From the NCBI RefSeq assembly GCF_009914755.1, contig NC_060936.1: DNA of 64,000 bases. One strand, given 5' to 3'. Positions 26,065 through 39,914 of this stretch are shown here, in pieces. A program made the position numbers and the translations under genes. The stretch is from the human T2T-CHM13v2.0 reference genome, Homo sapiens. Each line of letters opens with the position of its first letter. Position 1 is the first letter of the stretch. A model generated the notes under the pieces. That model saw nothing but the letters and a program-made list of their open reading frames with translations. It made no database searches and was not told the DNA's origin.

Positions 26065-26440
26065 GATTTATTGAGGTATCATTGACAAATAAGATTTTAA
26101 GAGTTACATATATTTAAAGTGTACAGTGTGATGATTATAATATACATATGTATTGTGAAATGATTACCACAACCAAGTTAATTAACACATCCATACCTCA
26201 CATAGTTACCATTGTGTGTGTGTGTGTGTGTGTGTGTGGTGAGAACACTGAAGCTCTACTCTCTTAGTAAATTTCAAGTAAACAATACAGTATTATTAAC
26301 AATCGTCACCATGCTGTACATTAGATACCCAGAAGTTACTCATCTTGTAACTGAAAGTTTGTGCCCTTTTACCAACATCTCCCCATCCTCTCCTCCCCTA
26401 GTCCCTGGCAACCACCATTCTACGCTGCTTCTAGGAGTGT
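26065..26440 (-). mobile_element. L1MA9-like 3' end with internal (TG)13
   Basis: TGAAATGATTACCACAACCAAGTTAATTAACACATCC...GGTGAGAACACTGAAGCTCTACTCTCTTAG...CCCTGGCAACCACCATTCTAC. Confidence 0.88.
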
Positions 26441-29324
26441 TGATTGCAGTACAGAATGTCCATGTTGGTCACAATAAAAATTATGTTCTTTATATAAAAA
26501 CAGTATTTTTTCACAGATGGCAAAGATGGTACTACTTAATGGCATGACAGCTGTAGCACACAAGGAAGAGTAATGGTAGACAATCCCTAGTTTATGAGGA
26601 CATTATTAGGGTGATTTAAGGGTTAAGAAACCTGTGAGAAGCTAAAGATCAATAACTGTCAGTATTTGTATTGATTAACCATGTATAAAACCCATGGCAA
26701 AGTATTTGAAGACCATGCTATGAAATATATCCTCTGGGTCTCAGAAGTATCATTAAAATTAGGAGAAAGATGAAGTTGACGCTGGTCTGATTTATGCTAT
26801 TTAAACCTACAATGTTCCAACATTAATGATTGCTTTCAGAATTAATAAGATCATAAATATATATTAAAATTACAGTTATTAATAACTCCTTTGTTTTCTA
26901 ACAAAAGAATACAGAGTTCTTGACTTGCATTTGGAATTTTTATTCTTAAAATGTGTATTAGGATAAACAAAAATTGTGGTACAAAAATGAGATTATATGT
27001 GAGTCAAATGGCTTGTGCTGTGGAAAAAAATATATACATTTATTTTTATTATTCAATATCATCAAATAAATCAAATATTACCTTTTTGGATATTAGAGGA
27101 GACCTATGAAAAGAAAACAGCTCTCAAAAAAACAGTATATTTGTTATATTCACCAGTAAATTATAAATTATGGATTAATATATTTTTCTCAACATGAAAA
27201 TGTTTTGTCAAATATTTCCACACATACACTATATATGTTTATTTCCTTTAAAATTTTTATCTAAAAGATACATTTTTATTCACCTCATTAATTCAATTGA
27301 GGGAACAACATGTAAGTGAATTTCCATATTATGATGATACAGTTCTAGTTTTCTTCATGATTTTCCAAAAGATGACTGTATATTATACCTCACATTCTTT
27401 AAAATATTTTTCAATATGGAAACTTTATTTACCTACTTTTGAGTATGGACAGAAATCATAGTTTTATTTCTGTGGTGTTATTGATACAATCACAAACCTG
27501 TGATTTCTAACACAACTGCCCAACACATGTTAAGCTTAGGTCCTTTAAGACTTTAAAATGAAAGCAAATAAAATGAAGATGCCCTCTAACTTTGGATAAC
27601 CTCATGTTCTTGCTTACAAATCGTGGTGAACATCATTGCTGAGAATCAGGTAGGGAGAACTAACATCTTATAGTTCTCAAAAATAAAACTCTGAAAGCTA
27701 TGTTAAATATATTTCTTACTCTTGCACATGTGAGTAAGGTCAGATCCAGGTCAGTGTCAAGATGTCCTGGCCAGAAATCTCTTTTGATCTCTAAAATTGT
27801 CTGATGAAAGTTATGTTCTTTCTATAGTTGGTAATCCCCAAATGGATTTTATGTATTTTAGTAGTAGCTAGAAATTTGGTCTTTAAACATCCACTCAAAG
27901 TTTTGTATTGATATCACCCTTTTGACATGCTATATCATGAAAATATGTACAAACATGGTGAAATTTATCAAAATTAACATTGAACTATACAGATCATGTA
28001 ATGTGAGTGCAGTAGTTGAACTTACTACTGAAGCATGCATTCCCCTATAGAGTTGAGATTCTATCCTTTCATCAGAGAAGTACTGTCTGAAAAAAATCAG
28101 GGGAGGATCACGTACTAAAAAAACCCTCCTGAGGTTCTCAAAGAAAAACAATTTAGAAAATATCATTATGAACTTTGAGAATAAATAATTATGTTGGATA
28201 AAAGCCCTGCAGGCCATGTCTTTTTTTTCTTATTTTTTGCATCAATCTAGAGGCAGGAGGAGGACAATGTGCAAGGCAACACTCTGCCCATTCAACCTAG
28301 AGCTCCTCAGGGTTTAATCTTAATTTTTCCTTTCCAGGGGCCTCATGTCTACAATTTATGAGGATGTCAGTCATAAGAGTAAGTATCTCTCAGAAAACAA
28401 AGCAGAGAGGCTCATGAGAAATAAACAAAACCCTGTGACACTTCTCAGATTCCTTTTCAGCCTATCCATGAGAATGAAAGAATGATGGAGCTGGCCAATG
28501 GATCTCACCTTCAGGTGACAGTGTAAAATACAGTGAAATGATTTGGCTGGCTTTGGAGGCAGAACTTTGTTGTATAATATACAACGAAATTTACTTTATG
28601 TAAATTGTTGAACTTGCTAAGACTCAGATTCCTCCTTTGAGATAACACCAGATCTACTACTTCACAGGTTGTATCAAATGCTGATGTATTACTCTCTTCA
28701 TCCTCTCTCCAGTATTTTTCCAGCATGGACCAAATATAGCATGTGTTGAAACGTGTAAAGAAAGCCAGAGGGAAGGGTATGTGAAGAAAAGCTGTGGACT
28801 GAGGAATCAAAGGGTAACTATGAAATCAGAGATGTATGTTAATGTAAAGGGCAAAGATGTATTGGGTGCCACTACCTCTGCTAGGGCAGCCAGGACTTTC
28901 TGCTTCAGTTTTCCTGACTGGATCCTATGCCTTCTGTCTTCTGCAGGCACCTGGGCATACTCTATGACAATGGAAATTTTCTTAATCAGTTGTGTCAAAA
29001 CCCTTTCTGTGAGGTATGCAGTACAGCAATTGAAGACAGGGGTCTTCTGCTCTTTGGAGACTCAGTGAGATTTGTTGCTCCTCTTATGTCCTCTTTCAAT
29101 TCCACACAAACACTGGCTGAGTCATCTCTAACCCTGGCCTTCATCTTCTTATCAAACCTTTCAGAATACCAGTGATCAGCTCCTCTATCTCTAAGTCTCC
29201 TTTAACTATGGCCTTTGTCCTACACAGAGGACCACACACAATACCCTTTTTTGATTCCTCTTAATCACATGCCTCCATCTGTTCTGGGACTTCTGGGGGC
29301 AGTCTGTCTAGCTTAGGACCCTAT

Positions 29325-30336
29325 TGACACAGGATTTTTTGATACTACTTCATCAGCCAGAGACCTCCATGGCCGACAATAACCTTGCCCAGGCCTCATT
29401 AAGGCCCTGGGCTTGCTGCAGGAGGTACCCCACCCAATTGTCCTGGCAGACTGCACTTGGCTTGCACTGCCAACCAGAACCCACGCTCAACACAGGATCT
29501 GTGCTCAGCCTGCAGCTTGGCCAGATGTGCTGTGACCTGCTGCTGCGTTGGGCCCTACACTGGCATCTGGACAATGGGAATGCAGTGGCACCCAAACAAG
29601 GATGCTGGTGACCCAAAAACCCCCACCCAAACAAGGATGCCAATGACCCAAAAACCCCAAAGGGAGTGTTACAGCATGCTAACAGACCTTTCAGTCCCAC
29701 CATCTGCAGCCTGATGATCAGAGGGTGTGTGGCACCCAGTAGCTCCCTCTCCCATTGCTCAGCAACTGGGAAGGAGAGTGCTACAGGGTTACAACTTTGT
29801 TTGCTCTTGCTGATCAGCAGGTCTTGAGTTCTTGTCCCATGTCCAAGAAGAATGAGGTTATGCTGACAGCCAACAGGTGAGCAAGGCAAAAAGTTTTATT
29901 GAGTGACAAAACAGCTTTCAGTGGAGAGGGGGACCCGAGTTGGTCTGCCCCCTTACCCAAAATAAGGTAGTCTCCACCCCCACTCAAAATCAGGTAGTCC
30001 CAAAGCTTGCCTGAGTCTGGGGCTTTTATGGGCACAGAATGGGGGAGTGCATGCTGGTTGGTTTGTGAGTATGCAAAAAAGGCACCACTCAAAGATGGGC
30101 ACAATAGTGTAAAAAACCAATTAGGGAAGGGTAGTAATATGTAAAATAGGTGAAGGGTGGGGATCAATCAGAGAAAAGCACACCAAATGGGAAGAGAGGT
30201 TCTCAATCTAGTCTGTGGATTTATCCAAGACCTGTAGCTTGGTTTTCCAGCTTTAAACTGTGTGGTTTGAAGGTTGAGTTTCATTGGGGACCCACCCTTC
30301 TCTGCCTAGGGATTTGTCTGCCTCCTGCTGCTATCA
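29325..30336 (-). mobile_element. ERV1 solo LTR, MER52/LTR28/LTR1 group
   Basis: TG...CA termini, 4-bp TSD CTAT (29321-24, 30337-40), antisense AATAAAA, internal ~35-bp tandem CCCAAACAAGGATGC..GACCCAAAAACCCC. Confidence 0.88.
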
Positions 30337-32333
30337 CTATTGAAGCTCATTTTCTTTCACTGGATCCCAACTCTGACCTACTTTCTCTCCTGTTCTTCCT
30401 GATGCTTTTTATACACTGCCTTCAAAATTACCCCCCCCACAACCATATTCCACTCACCATCATCACCAACTCTTGAAGCTGTCAGAGGCCACTCTACCAT
30501 TGGCATTATATTTTTATTCATATTTTTTCCACACAAGCTGATGTCTCTATTTCTTCTTAATTCAGAGCCCACCTTGCCAGTGATCTCTTATAATCCTTCA
30601 GTATTTCTACTCTACACTGCACCACAGGCCTTCTTGTGTCTTTCAATAGTGTCTCATCTGCCACTGTATCCTCTATACTCCCAGATTTTCTCTTTGTATC
30701 TTCCAACAACATCTCCTTGTCACCAGATACCTGCTTGCCACTGGACCCTTATACAAATTTATTTTATTTCATCCTTACCACTGGGCACCCCTCTGGCATC
30801 TTTTTTACTAGAGATCTCATACTTTGAGGGAACCAACACTTCAGCAGGCTATTTGTACTCTTGCTCTCAAAATTTTCCACTACAGCCTGGCCCATAAGGA
30901 CTCTGTGCCAATCTTTATTTTTACTGTAGCAGTTTCTTTCAATGATGAGATATAGAACCAATGGAAGCATCACCTTCAAAAGAATCTTATCCAATACTAG
31001 TGGATCCTGGCTAACAGAATCCAAGCATCTCTGGCACTAATGCAACGCTGGGAAAACATAATAGAAGCACTGCAGACAAAGGGCAAACAGACTCTCAAAG
31101 CCCTTTGTTGCTAAGAACCAAAGTGGCAAGAATATAAAATAGATAGGATTTAGATGCACAGTAATCTTCCCTAAAAATGTTTCAGTACATTTCTGGTTAG
31201 GGAATGACATGATGAACATCTAATGCATAACTTAGGAAGAGTCCAAAAGATAGTCTATTAATGGGCCAAGAAGGCAACCTCATGAAGGTTCTATGGGAGA
31301 CAAAATGGACTAGATAAGTAACTCAGGGCTTGACTCAGGGAGTGCTTCATCAAAGAGCTATAGGGAGAAATTAGAGCAGAAGCAATTGGAAAATGCCCTG
31401 AAAGTACACTTGAGCCATTAACATGCTTGATAGTACCTCTAGCTCTGGTTTGTTTTTGCTAGAAGTTGAAGTACATAGTTTTCAAAAATGGTTTTTGCAC
31501 ACTAGAAAAGTATTACAGAACAAATTTGAAGTATACAAGTAAACTCCCAACTTCAAGCAATATTTGAGTGCATGTCTTGTGAGACTTTGTTATGATATTT
31601 TATAAACAATAACATGACTTTTACAAAAGGCAACAAAACACATAATACATAATTTCTACATTAAAAAATCTTCATTAACATCAATTATTCTGTCTATGTT
31701 TTATTACATTTATGTACCATATAAACCAATGTCCTTCCCTTGACATTTAGATGTTTTCATTTCCTTTTTTGTATTATATGACTTTATGTAACATCTTTAT
31801 GTAAAATTTTACTAGCTTATATACTGTCTTATTATATGTAGTAAGTTCACAGACAAACACAGAATATTATAACACAGTAATTGTGGTTTATAAACTACTC
31901 ATATCTTGAGTAGAATGACTAAAAGATGAATCTATCAAAAACTACAACAATGTTTTAAAATGTAGACACTATAACAAGATAAATAGAAACAATAAAAAGT
32001 TAAAAAGGGAGATAAAGTTAAAATGTAGAGTTTGTGTTAGTTTTCTCTTTGCTTGTTTGTTTTTGCAATCAGTGTTATGTTGTCATCAGTTTAAAATAAT
32101 GGCTTATAAGATGTTATTTGCAAGGCACATGGTAACCTCAAATCAAAAATCCTACAACAGATACACAAAAAATAAAAAGCAAGAATCTAAAACATATCAG
32201 CAGATGACTAGAGAAAATCACCTTCACAAAAAGGAAGATAAAAAAGAAAGAAGAAAGGAAGAGAAGGCCACAGAACAACCAGAAAACAAATAACAAAATA
32301 GCAGGAGTAATTCCTTAATCAATAATAATATTG

Positions 32334-32624
32334 GACCGGGAGCAGTGGCTCATACCTGTAATCCCAGCACTTTGGGAGGCCGAGGCAGGTGGATCACAAG
32401 GTCAGGAGATCGAGACCATCCTGGCTAACATGGTGAAACCCTGTCTCTACTAAAAATACAAAAAATTAGCCGGGCAAGGTGGCGGGTGCCTATAGTCCCA
32501 GCTACTCGGGAGGCTGAGGCAGGAGATGGTGTGAACCCCGGGGGGGCAGAGCCTGCAGTGAGCTGAGATCGCGCCACTGCACTCCAGCCTGGGCGACAGC
32601 AAGACTCCATCTCAAAAAAATAAA

Positions 32625-32645
<21 letters not shown>
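32334..32645 (+). mobile_element. AluY (Ye-like) with (AAT)n tail
   Basis: GAACCCCGGGGGGGCAGAGCCTGCAG variant; TSD AATAATAATATTG at 32321-33 and 32646-58; (AAT)10 at 32625-32654. Confidence 0.93.
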
Positions 32646-32655
<10 letters not shown>

Positions 32656-32727
32656 TTGAATGTAAATGGACTAACCTCTTCAATGAAAAGACATAGAGGA
32701 GCTGAATAGATTTAAAAAAAGAAAAAG

Positions 32728-33185
32728 CATTTCCTTTCCAACTTAGACCCAGCAAAATGGCTCCTGCAAAGAAGGGCAGCAAGAAGAAAAAAGGCCATTC
32801 TGGATCATTGAGGTGGTGACTCAAGAAAACACCATCAACATTCAGAAGCATATCCATGAAGTGGGCTTCAAGAAGTGTGCCCCTCGGGCACTCAAAGAGA
32901 TTCAGAAATTTGCCATGAAGGAGATGGGAACTCCAGTTGTGCTCATTGATACCAGGCTCAACAAAGCTGTCTGGGCCAAAAGAATAAGGAATGTCACAAA
33001 CAGAATCCATCTGTGTTTGTCCAGAAAATGTAATGAGGATAAAGAGTAATCAAATAAGCTCTATATTTTGGTTACCTATGTACCTGGTACCACTTTCAAA
33101 AATCTACAGACAGTCAATGTGGATGAGAGCTAATTGCTGATCATCAAATACATCAAATAAAGTTATAAAATTGCCTTGAAAAAAA
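32728..33185 (+). pseudogene. RPL31P: RPL31 (eL31) processed pseudogene
   Basis: 5'TOP TTCCTTTCC, ATG 32757 (MAPAKKG..KKKG), frameshift near 32805, [37 protein letters not shown], premature TAA 33047-49, native stop 33131-33, AATAAA 33156, A tail, no introns. Confidence 0.97.
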
Positions 33186-33412
33186 GGCTTGACAGTCTGT
33201 TGCCTACAGGAAACATACTTCACATATCCAGAGACACATAGACTGAAAATAAAAGGAAAATAAAAGCTATTTCATGCCAATGGAAACCAAAGAAGAACTG
33301 GAGTAGTTATACTTATATCAGAAAAAAATATATATTTTAGGACAAAAAAAGACAAAGAAAGTTATATAATAATAAAGGGGTCAATTCAGCAGGAGTATAT
33401 AATAATTTTAAA

Positions 33413-33422
33413 TATCTATCTA

Positions 33423-33473
<51 letters not shown>

Positions 33474-33474
33474 A
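33413..33474. repeat. (TATC)n microsatellite, 12 perfect units at 33423-33470
   Basis: Direct reading; expanded from the ATATATAT of the L1 ORF2 'NIYAP' codons. Confidence 0.97.
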
Positions 33475-36097
33475 CCCAACACTGGAGTACCCAGATATAT
33501 AGAAAGAGCAAATATTATTAGAGCTTAAGAAAGAGGTAGATTCCAATACAACAATAGCTAGAAACTTTAACACTCCACTTTCAGCATTGGACAGATCATC
33601 AAAACAGAAAATCACTGAAGAAACATCAGACTTAATCTGCACTACAGAACAAATGGACCTAATAGATATTTACAGAACATTTCATACAACAGCTACAGAA
33701 TACAAATTATTCTCTTCAGCATATCGATCCTTCTGAAGGACAGGCCATATATTAGGTCACAAATCAAATCTTTAAAATTGCAAAAACATTGAAATCATAT
33801 AAAGGATCTTCACCGACCATAATAGAATAAAACTATAAATCCATAGCAAGAGGAAATTTGGAAACTGTACAAACACATCAAAATTAAACAATATGCTCTT
33901 GAATGATCAGTGAGTTGATGAGCAAATCAAAAATAAATTTAAAAAATTTATTGAAACAAATGAAAATGAAAACACAACATGCCAAAACCAATATGATACA
34001 GCAAAAGCAGTACTAAGAGGAAACTTTATAGCTATAAATGTCTACACAAAAGAAGAAAAACTTTAAATAAACAATATAACCATATATCTTAAAGAATTAG
34101 AAGAGCAAGAGCAAACCAAACCCAAAATCAGTAAACCAAAACAATAATAAGGATCAGAGCAGAAAACACTGAAATTGAAATAAAACAATAAAAAAGATAA
34201 ATGAAATGGTAATTTTTTGAAAAGTTAAACAAAATTGACAAAATTTTTGTGAAACTAACTAAAAAAAAAAAAAAGAGTGGAGACCCAAATAAATAAAATT
34301 ATAGATGAAAAAGGAGACATTACAACTGGTACTGCAGAAATTCAAAGGATCATTAGTAGCTACTAAGAGCAGCTACATGCCAATAAAAACCTAGAAGAAA
34401 CAGATAAATTCCCAGACACATACAACTTAGCAAGATTTAACCAGGAAGAAATCCAAAACCTGAACAGACAAATAATAAGTAATATGATTGCAGTTATAAT
34501 ATAAACTCTCCCAATAATGAAAAGCCTGGGATGCTATGGCATCACTGAAAAATTAATACCAATCCTACTCAAACTATTTGAAAAAATAGAGGAGAAAGGA
34601 ATGCTTACAACCCATTCTACAAGGCTGATATTACCCTGATATCAAAATCAGACAAAGAAACATCAAAAAAAGAAAACTATAGGACAATAGCTCCCATAAA
34701 TATTTATTCGAAAATCCTCAAGAAAATACTAGCAAATCAAACTCAACAATGTATTTAAAAGGTCATTCATCATGACCAAGTGGGATTTATCCCTGGGATG
34801 CAAGGATGATTTGACATATGAAAATCAATCAATGTAATAAATTATAGCAACAGAATGAAGGACAACCATATGATCATTTCAATTGAGGCTGAAAAAGCAT
34901 TTGATAAAATTTGAAATCTCATTATGATCAAAACCCTCAAATGACTAGGTAGAGAAGGAACATACCTCAATACAATACAATAAAAGTCATATATAACTAT
35001 GACATACCCATAGCTAGTATCATACTGAATGGGAAAAGCTGAAAGCCTTTACCCTAAGATCTGGAACATGATGAGTTGCCCACACTCACCACTATTATAT
35101 AACATTGTTTTGGATGTCCTAGCTAGAGTGATCAGACAAGAGAAAGATATAAATGGCATCCATATTGAAAAGAAAAAAAGTCAAATTACCTTTGTTTGGA
35201 GATATTATAATGTTATATTTGGAAGAAAGCTAAAGACTCCATCACAAATTTCTTAAAACGAACAAATCCAGTAAAGTTTCAGGATACAAAACCAACATAC
35301 AAAATCAGTAGCATTTCTATATGCCAACAGTGAACAATCTAAAAAAGAAATCAAAATTTACAGTAGCCTGAAATAAAATGAAATACCTAGGAATTAGTCA
35401 AAGAAGTGAAAAATCTCTATAATGAAAACTATAAAACACCGAAGAAGAAAATGTAAGAGGACACAAAAAGTGAAAGATATTTCATATTCATGGACCAGAA
35501 GAATTGATGTGTTTAAAATAGCCATACTACCGAAAGCAACCTACAGGTTCAATGCAATCCCCATAAAAATAACAATGACATTCTTCACAGAAATAAAGAA
35601 AAAAGTTCTAAAATTGACATGAAACCACAAAATACCCAGAATAGCAAAAGCCATCCTAAGCAAAAAAGAACAAAACTGGAAGAATCACATTACCTGACTT
35701 CAAATTACGCTACAGAGGTATAGGGATGAAAATAGCATGGTACTGACATAAGCACAGCCACATAGACCAATGGAACAGAATAGATAACCCAGAAATAGAT
35801 CCACACACCTACAGTGAACACATGTGTGACACAGTGGCAAAGAATATACATTGGAGAAAGACAGCCTCTTCATTAAGTGGTTCTGGGCAAACTGGATATC
35901 CATACACACACACAAATAAAGAAGAAATGGAACCCCTGTCTCCCACCATATACAAATTTCAAATCCAAATGTTTTCATGACTTAAATCTAAGACCTCCAA
36001 ACAATAAAACTACTAACAGCAAACATTAGGAAAAATCTCCAGGACATTGGTCTGGGCAAAGATATCTTGAGTAAATACTCCATAAGCACATATAACA

Positions 36098-36461
36098 TGA
36101 TATGGTTTGGCTTTGTGTCCCCACCAAAATCTGGTGTCAAGTTGTAATTCCCTGTTTTGAAAGAGGGTCCTGGTGGGAGGTGATTGAATCATGGGAGTGG
36201 AAGTCCCCATTGCTGTTCTCATAATAGAGTTCTCAGGATATCTGACTGTTTAGAAATGTATAGCAACCATTCCTCCTGCCAGCCATATAAAAATGTGACT
36301 CCTCCCTCTTCACTTTCTGGCATGATTGTTAATTTTCTAAAGCCTCCCCAGCCATCCTTTCTGCACAACCTGTGGAACTGTGAGTCAATTAAACCACTTT
36401 TCTTCATAAATTACCCAGTCTCAGGTAGCTCTTTATAGCAATGTGAGAACAGCCAGATACA
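36098..36461 (+). mobile_element. MSTA/THE1D-like 5' LTR
   Basis: TGATATGGTTTGGCTTTGTGTCCCCACC...CATAAATTACCCAGTCTCAGGTAG...GATACA. Confidence 0.92.
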
Positions 36462-37769
36462 GAAAATTCGTACCAGGATTGGAGTGTTGTTATGAAGATA
36501 CCTGGAAATGTGGAAGCAATATTGGAGCTGGGTAATGGTCAGAGGGTGGAACAGCTTGAAGGGCTCAGAAGAAGACAGGGAGATAGATGAGGGAAGGTTT
36601 GGAACTTCCTAGAGACCTGTCAAATGGTTGTGGAAAAAAATGCTGATAGTGATATGGACAGTGAAGTCCAGGCTGAGGAGGTCTCAGATGAAGATGAGGA
36701 ACTTTTGTGAACTGGAGTAAAGGTCACTCTTGCTATGCTTTAGCAAAGAGAATGGTGGCATTGTGTTCCTGCTCTAGGGATCTGTGGAAATTTAAACTTG
36801 GGAGAGATGATTCAGAGTACCTCTTGGAAGATATTTCTAGCGACCAAATGTTCAAGGTGTGACCTGCTTGCTTCTAACAGCATATGCTCATATTTGTGAG
36901 CAAAGAGATTATCTGAAACAGGAATTTGTTCTTAAAAAGGAAGCAGAGCATAAAAGTTTGGAAAATTCGCAACCTGATCATATAGTAGAAAAGATAAATC
37001 CATATTATGGGATGAAATTCAATCCTGCTTCAGAAATGTGCATGAGTAAAGAGGAGCTGAATGCTAATAGCCAAGACAATGAGAAACATGCCTCTAAGGC
37101 ATTTCAGGGACCTTTGTGATTGCCCCTCCCATTACAGGACTGGAGGCCTAGGATGGAAGAATGGTTTCATGGGCTAGGCTCATGTCCCTGTTTACTGGCA
37201 CAACCTCAGCACACTGCCCTCTGCATACCAGGCAATCCAGCTCTAGCAATGGCTAAAAGGGGCCCAGATATATCTCAGGCTTCTTCTTCAGAGGGTGCAA
37301 GACAGAAGCCACCAGGGCTTCCAGGTGCTGTTAGGCTTGTGGGTGCACAGAGGGCAAGAGTTGAGAGTTGGGAGCCTCCACCTAGATTTTAGAGGATGTA
37401 TGGAAATCCCTGGATGTTCAGGCAGAAGTCTGCTACAGGGGTGGAGCCCTCATTGAGAACTTTTTCTAAGGCTGCACTAAGGAGAAATGTGGGGTTGGAG
37501 CCCCCACATAGAGTCTCCACTAGGGCACTGGCTAGTGGAAGTGTAAGAGAGCCATCATCCTCAAGACCCCAGAATGACAGACTTGATAGCTTGCATTGTG
37601 TGCCTGAAAAAGCTGCAGGCAGTCAATGCCAGATCGTGGAAGCAGACATGGGGGCTATACCCTTCAGAGCCATAGGAGCAGAGCTGCCCAAGGCCTTGGG
37701 GGCCCACCCCTTGCTTCTTTGAGCATAATAATCTCCGTTGACTCCATGTCTTACATTCAGGCCAGCAGA
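36462..37769 (+). mobile_element. MST/THE1 internal region, 3'-truncated; last ~50 bp inverted
   Basis: GAAAATTCGTACCAGG start, GGCTCAGAAGAAGACAGG, GGAGCCTCCACCTAGATTT; no 3' LTR. Confidence 0.9.
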
Positions 37770-38252
37770 CGTAAGTGGCCAAACAAATCTGTCTTTTGTG
37801 GAAGAAATTTGCATTTGTAGGAATCTCCATTAATGCAGCCAGGCCTTCTCTTTTTAGGCTTTTCCCAGATCTAAGAGAGATTGAGAGTCTGACACCTTTA
37901 GAAGTCCAAAAAAAAAAAAAAAAAATTTACCATCTACTCTGAGAGCTACTACCTGAGAGGCTTCATCTATATACAAGGCCACTTTTGCAACCCAAACCTC
38001 TTCATTTCTTACTCCCATAACTTATCTGGCCACTAAAACCTGTTTCTGGCCATGATTTGAGGCCTTTTTCTTTCTATAACTTCAAGATGTACAGATGCTT
38101 CTGTACCTAATTGGGGAGTTGGGTTCTCATTCTGAAGGCTCCATTGTATGAATGTTAAATAAATTTGTATTCCTTTCCTCCTATTAATGCATCTGCCTCT
38201 CATCAGTGATTTTTTCAGTGAACCTTTAGGGGCCAAAGGCCTTGGCCCCCAC
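37770..38252 (+). mobile_element. MER4-group ERV1 LTR, 5' part missing
   Basis: ATTTACCATCTAC...GCTTCATCT, TTCTCATTCTGAAGGCTCC, AATAAATTTGTAT, CAGTGAACCTTTAGG...TTGGCCCCCAC. Confidence 0.8.
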
Positions 38253-38646
38253 GATGATCTATATAGAAAATCCAGATGAACCTACAAAAAGGCTACTAGA
38301 ACAAAGACATGATTTTGGCATAGCCGCAAGATACAAATTTAACAAATAGAAATCAGTTATATTACTAAAAAGTAACAACAGGAATCAGAAATTTGAATTA
38401 AAATAGAAATTCTAAAGATAACAGTATCAAAAAATATGTAATTCTTAGGGATAACTCTGACAAAAGATGTGCAAGACTTTTACACAGAAATCTACAACTA
38501 TTGATAAATAATTGAATAAATAAATATGTGAAGAGAGAAATATACTGTTTTTGTGGGTAAATATTGTAAAGATATCAATTCTCCCCAATTTGAAATGTGC
38601 ATTAAATGCAAGCAGACATTTTGTTTTTGTTGTTGACATATATATA

Positions 38647-38781
38647 TCAACATATATATATGCATATATATGTATATATATATCAACATATATATATGCA
38701 TATATATGTATATATATATCAACATATATATATGCATATATATGTATATATATATCAACATATATATATGCATATATATGT
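38647..38781. repeat. 36-bp AT-rich minisatellite (~3.7 copies), followed by (TG)/(TA)/(GA) runs to 38831
   Basis: TCAACATATATATATGCATATATATGTATATATATA starting at 38647, 38683, 38719, 38755. Confidence 0.95.
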
Positions 38782-38831
38782 GTGTGTGTATATATATATA
38801 TACACATATGTATAGAGAGAGAGAGAGAGAG

Positions 38832-38923
38832 AAGGCTGGTCTGGAACTCCTGACCCCAACCAGTCCTCCTACCTCAGCTTTACAAAGTGTTGCTATTACA
38901 GGGGTGAGCTAACAGCTGGGCTT
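38832..38923 (-). mobile_element. FLAM/AluJ monomer remnant
   Basis: AGGCTGGTCTGGAACTCCTG...CCTCAGCTTTACAAAGTGTTGCTATTACAGG; candidate TSD AGA(C/T)ATTTTGT near 38614 and 38928. Confidence 0.8.
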
Positions 38924-39394
38924 CCTGAGATATTTTGTAGAAGTAGACAAGATAATTTAAAAATTCATATGGAAACGCAAAAGAACTGTAGTGTTCAAAG
39001 AAAATGTTAAAAAAGAACAAAGTTAGAAGGATAAGAATATCTGCTTTCAAAACCTACAATAAAGCTACTGTAATCAAGATTGTTGATGTTGACATATATG
39101 TAAGTAGGTCAGTAGAAGAGAATAGATTATAGAAATTGACTCACACATACATGGAGAACTGATTTTTGAAAACAATGCAAAGGCAATTCTGTGGATAATG
39201 GATAGTTATCACCAGAAATAGTGATAAAAGCCATTGGAGATAAATATTGTTTTTTTAATTAACACAATTCTTATTGCACACCATATATAATATTTAACTC
39301 AACATAGACCTTATCTAAATATAAAACCAAATATGATAATTATTTTAATAGAAAAATTAGGGTTAACTTTTTGTGACCAAGATTTAGATGATGA

Positions 39395-39715
<321 letters not shown>

Positions 39716-39914
39716 TAGATGAGTTTTTAGATATTATACAAATAGCAGGATTTATAGTGGAACAAATTAATAAACTGGATTTTATCAAAATGTGTGTGTA
39801 TTCTTTGAAAAGCATTATTAAGAGAATATAGACTATTTATAAACTGGAAAGTAAATATTTTTAAGTAAATATATATGATAATATGCTTGTATCTAGAATA
39901 TATAAAGAACACTT

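Larger units (their letters stand above)
31840..36097 (+). mobile_element. L1MA-type element: inter-ORF spacer and degenerate ORF2 (EN+RT), host to nested inserts
   Basis: Continuous ORF2 homology with many stops ([12 protein letters not shown] region ~34770; [16 protein letters not shown]); stops at the MST LTR. Confidence 0.92.

Noticed and set aside
29324-30476. Overlapping ORFs up to 178 aa
   Set aside because: Inside a GC-rich solo LTR where stop codons are rare
32813-33049. Functional RPL31 retrogene
   Set aside because: Frameshift after about codon 15, premature TAA, and substitutions in conserved Arg codons
38647-38781. 36-bp repeats resembling a CRISPR array
   Set aside because: Head-to-tail copies with no spacers, human context, no cas genes
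38445-38912. Repetitive ORFs in five frames (IYAYIYVD...)
   Set aside because: Translations of the 36-bp minisatellite
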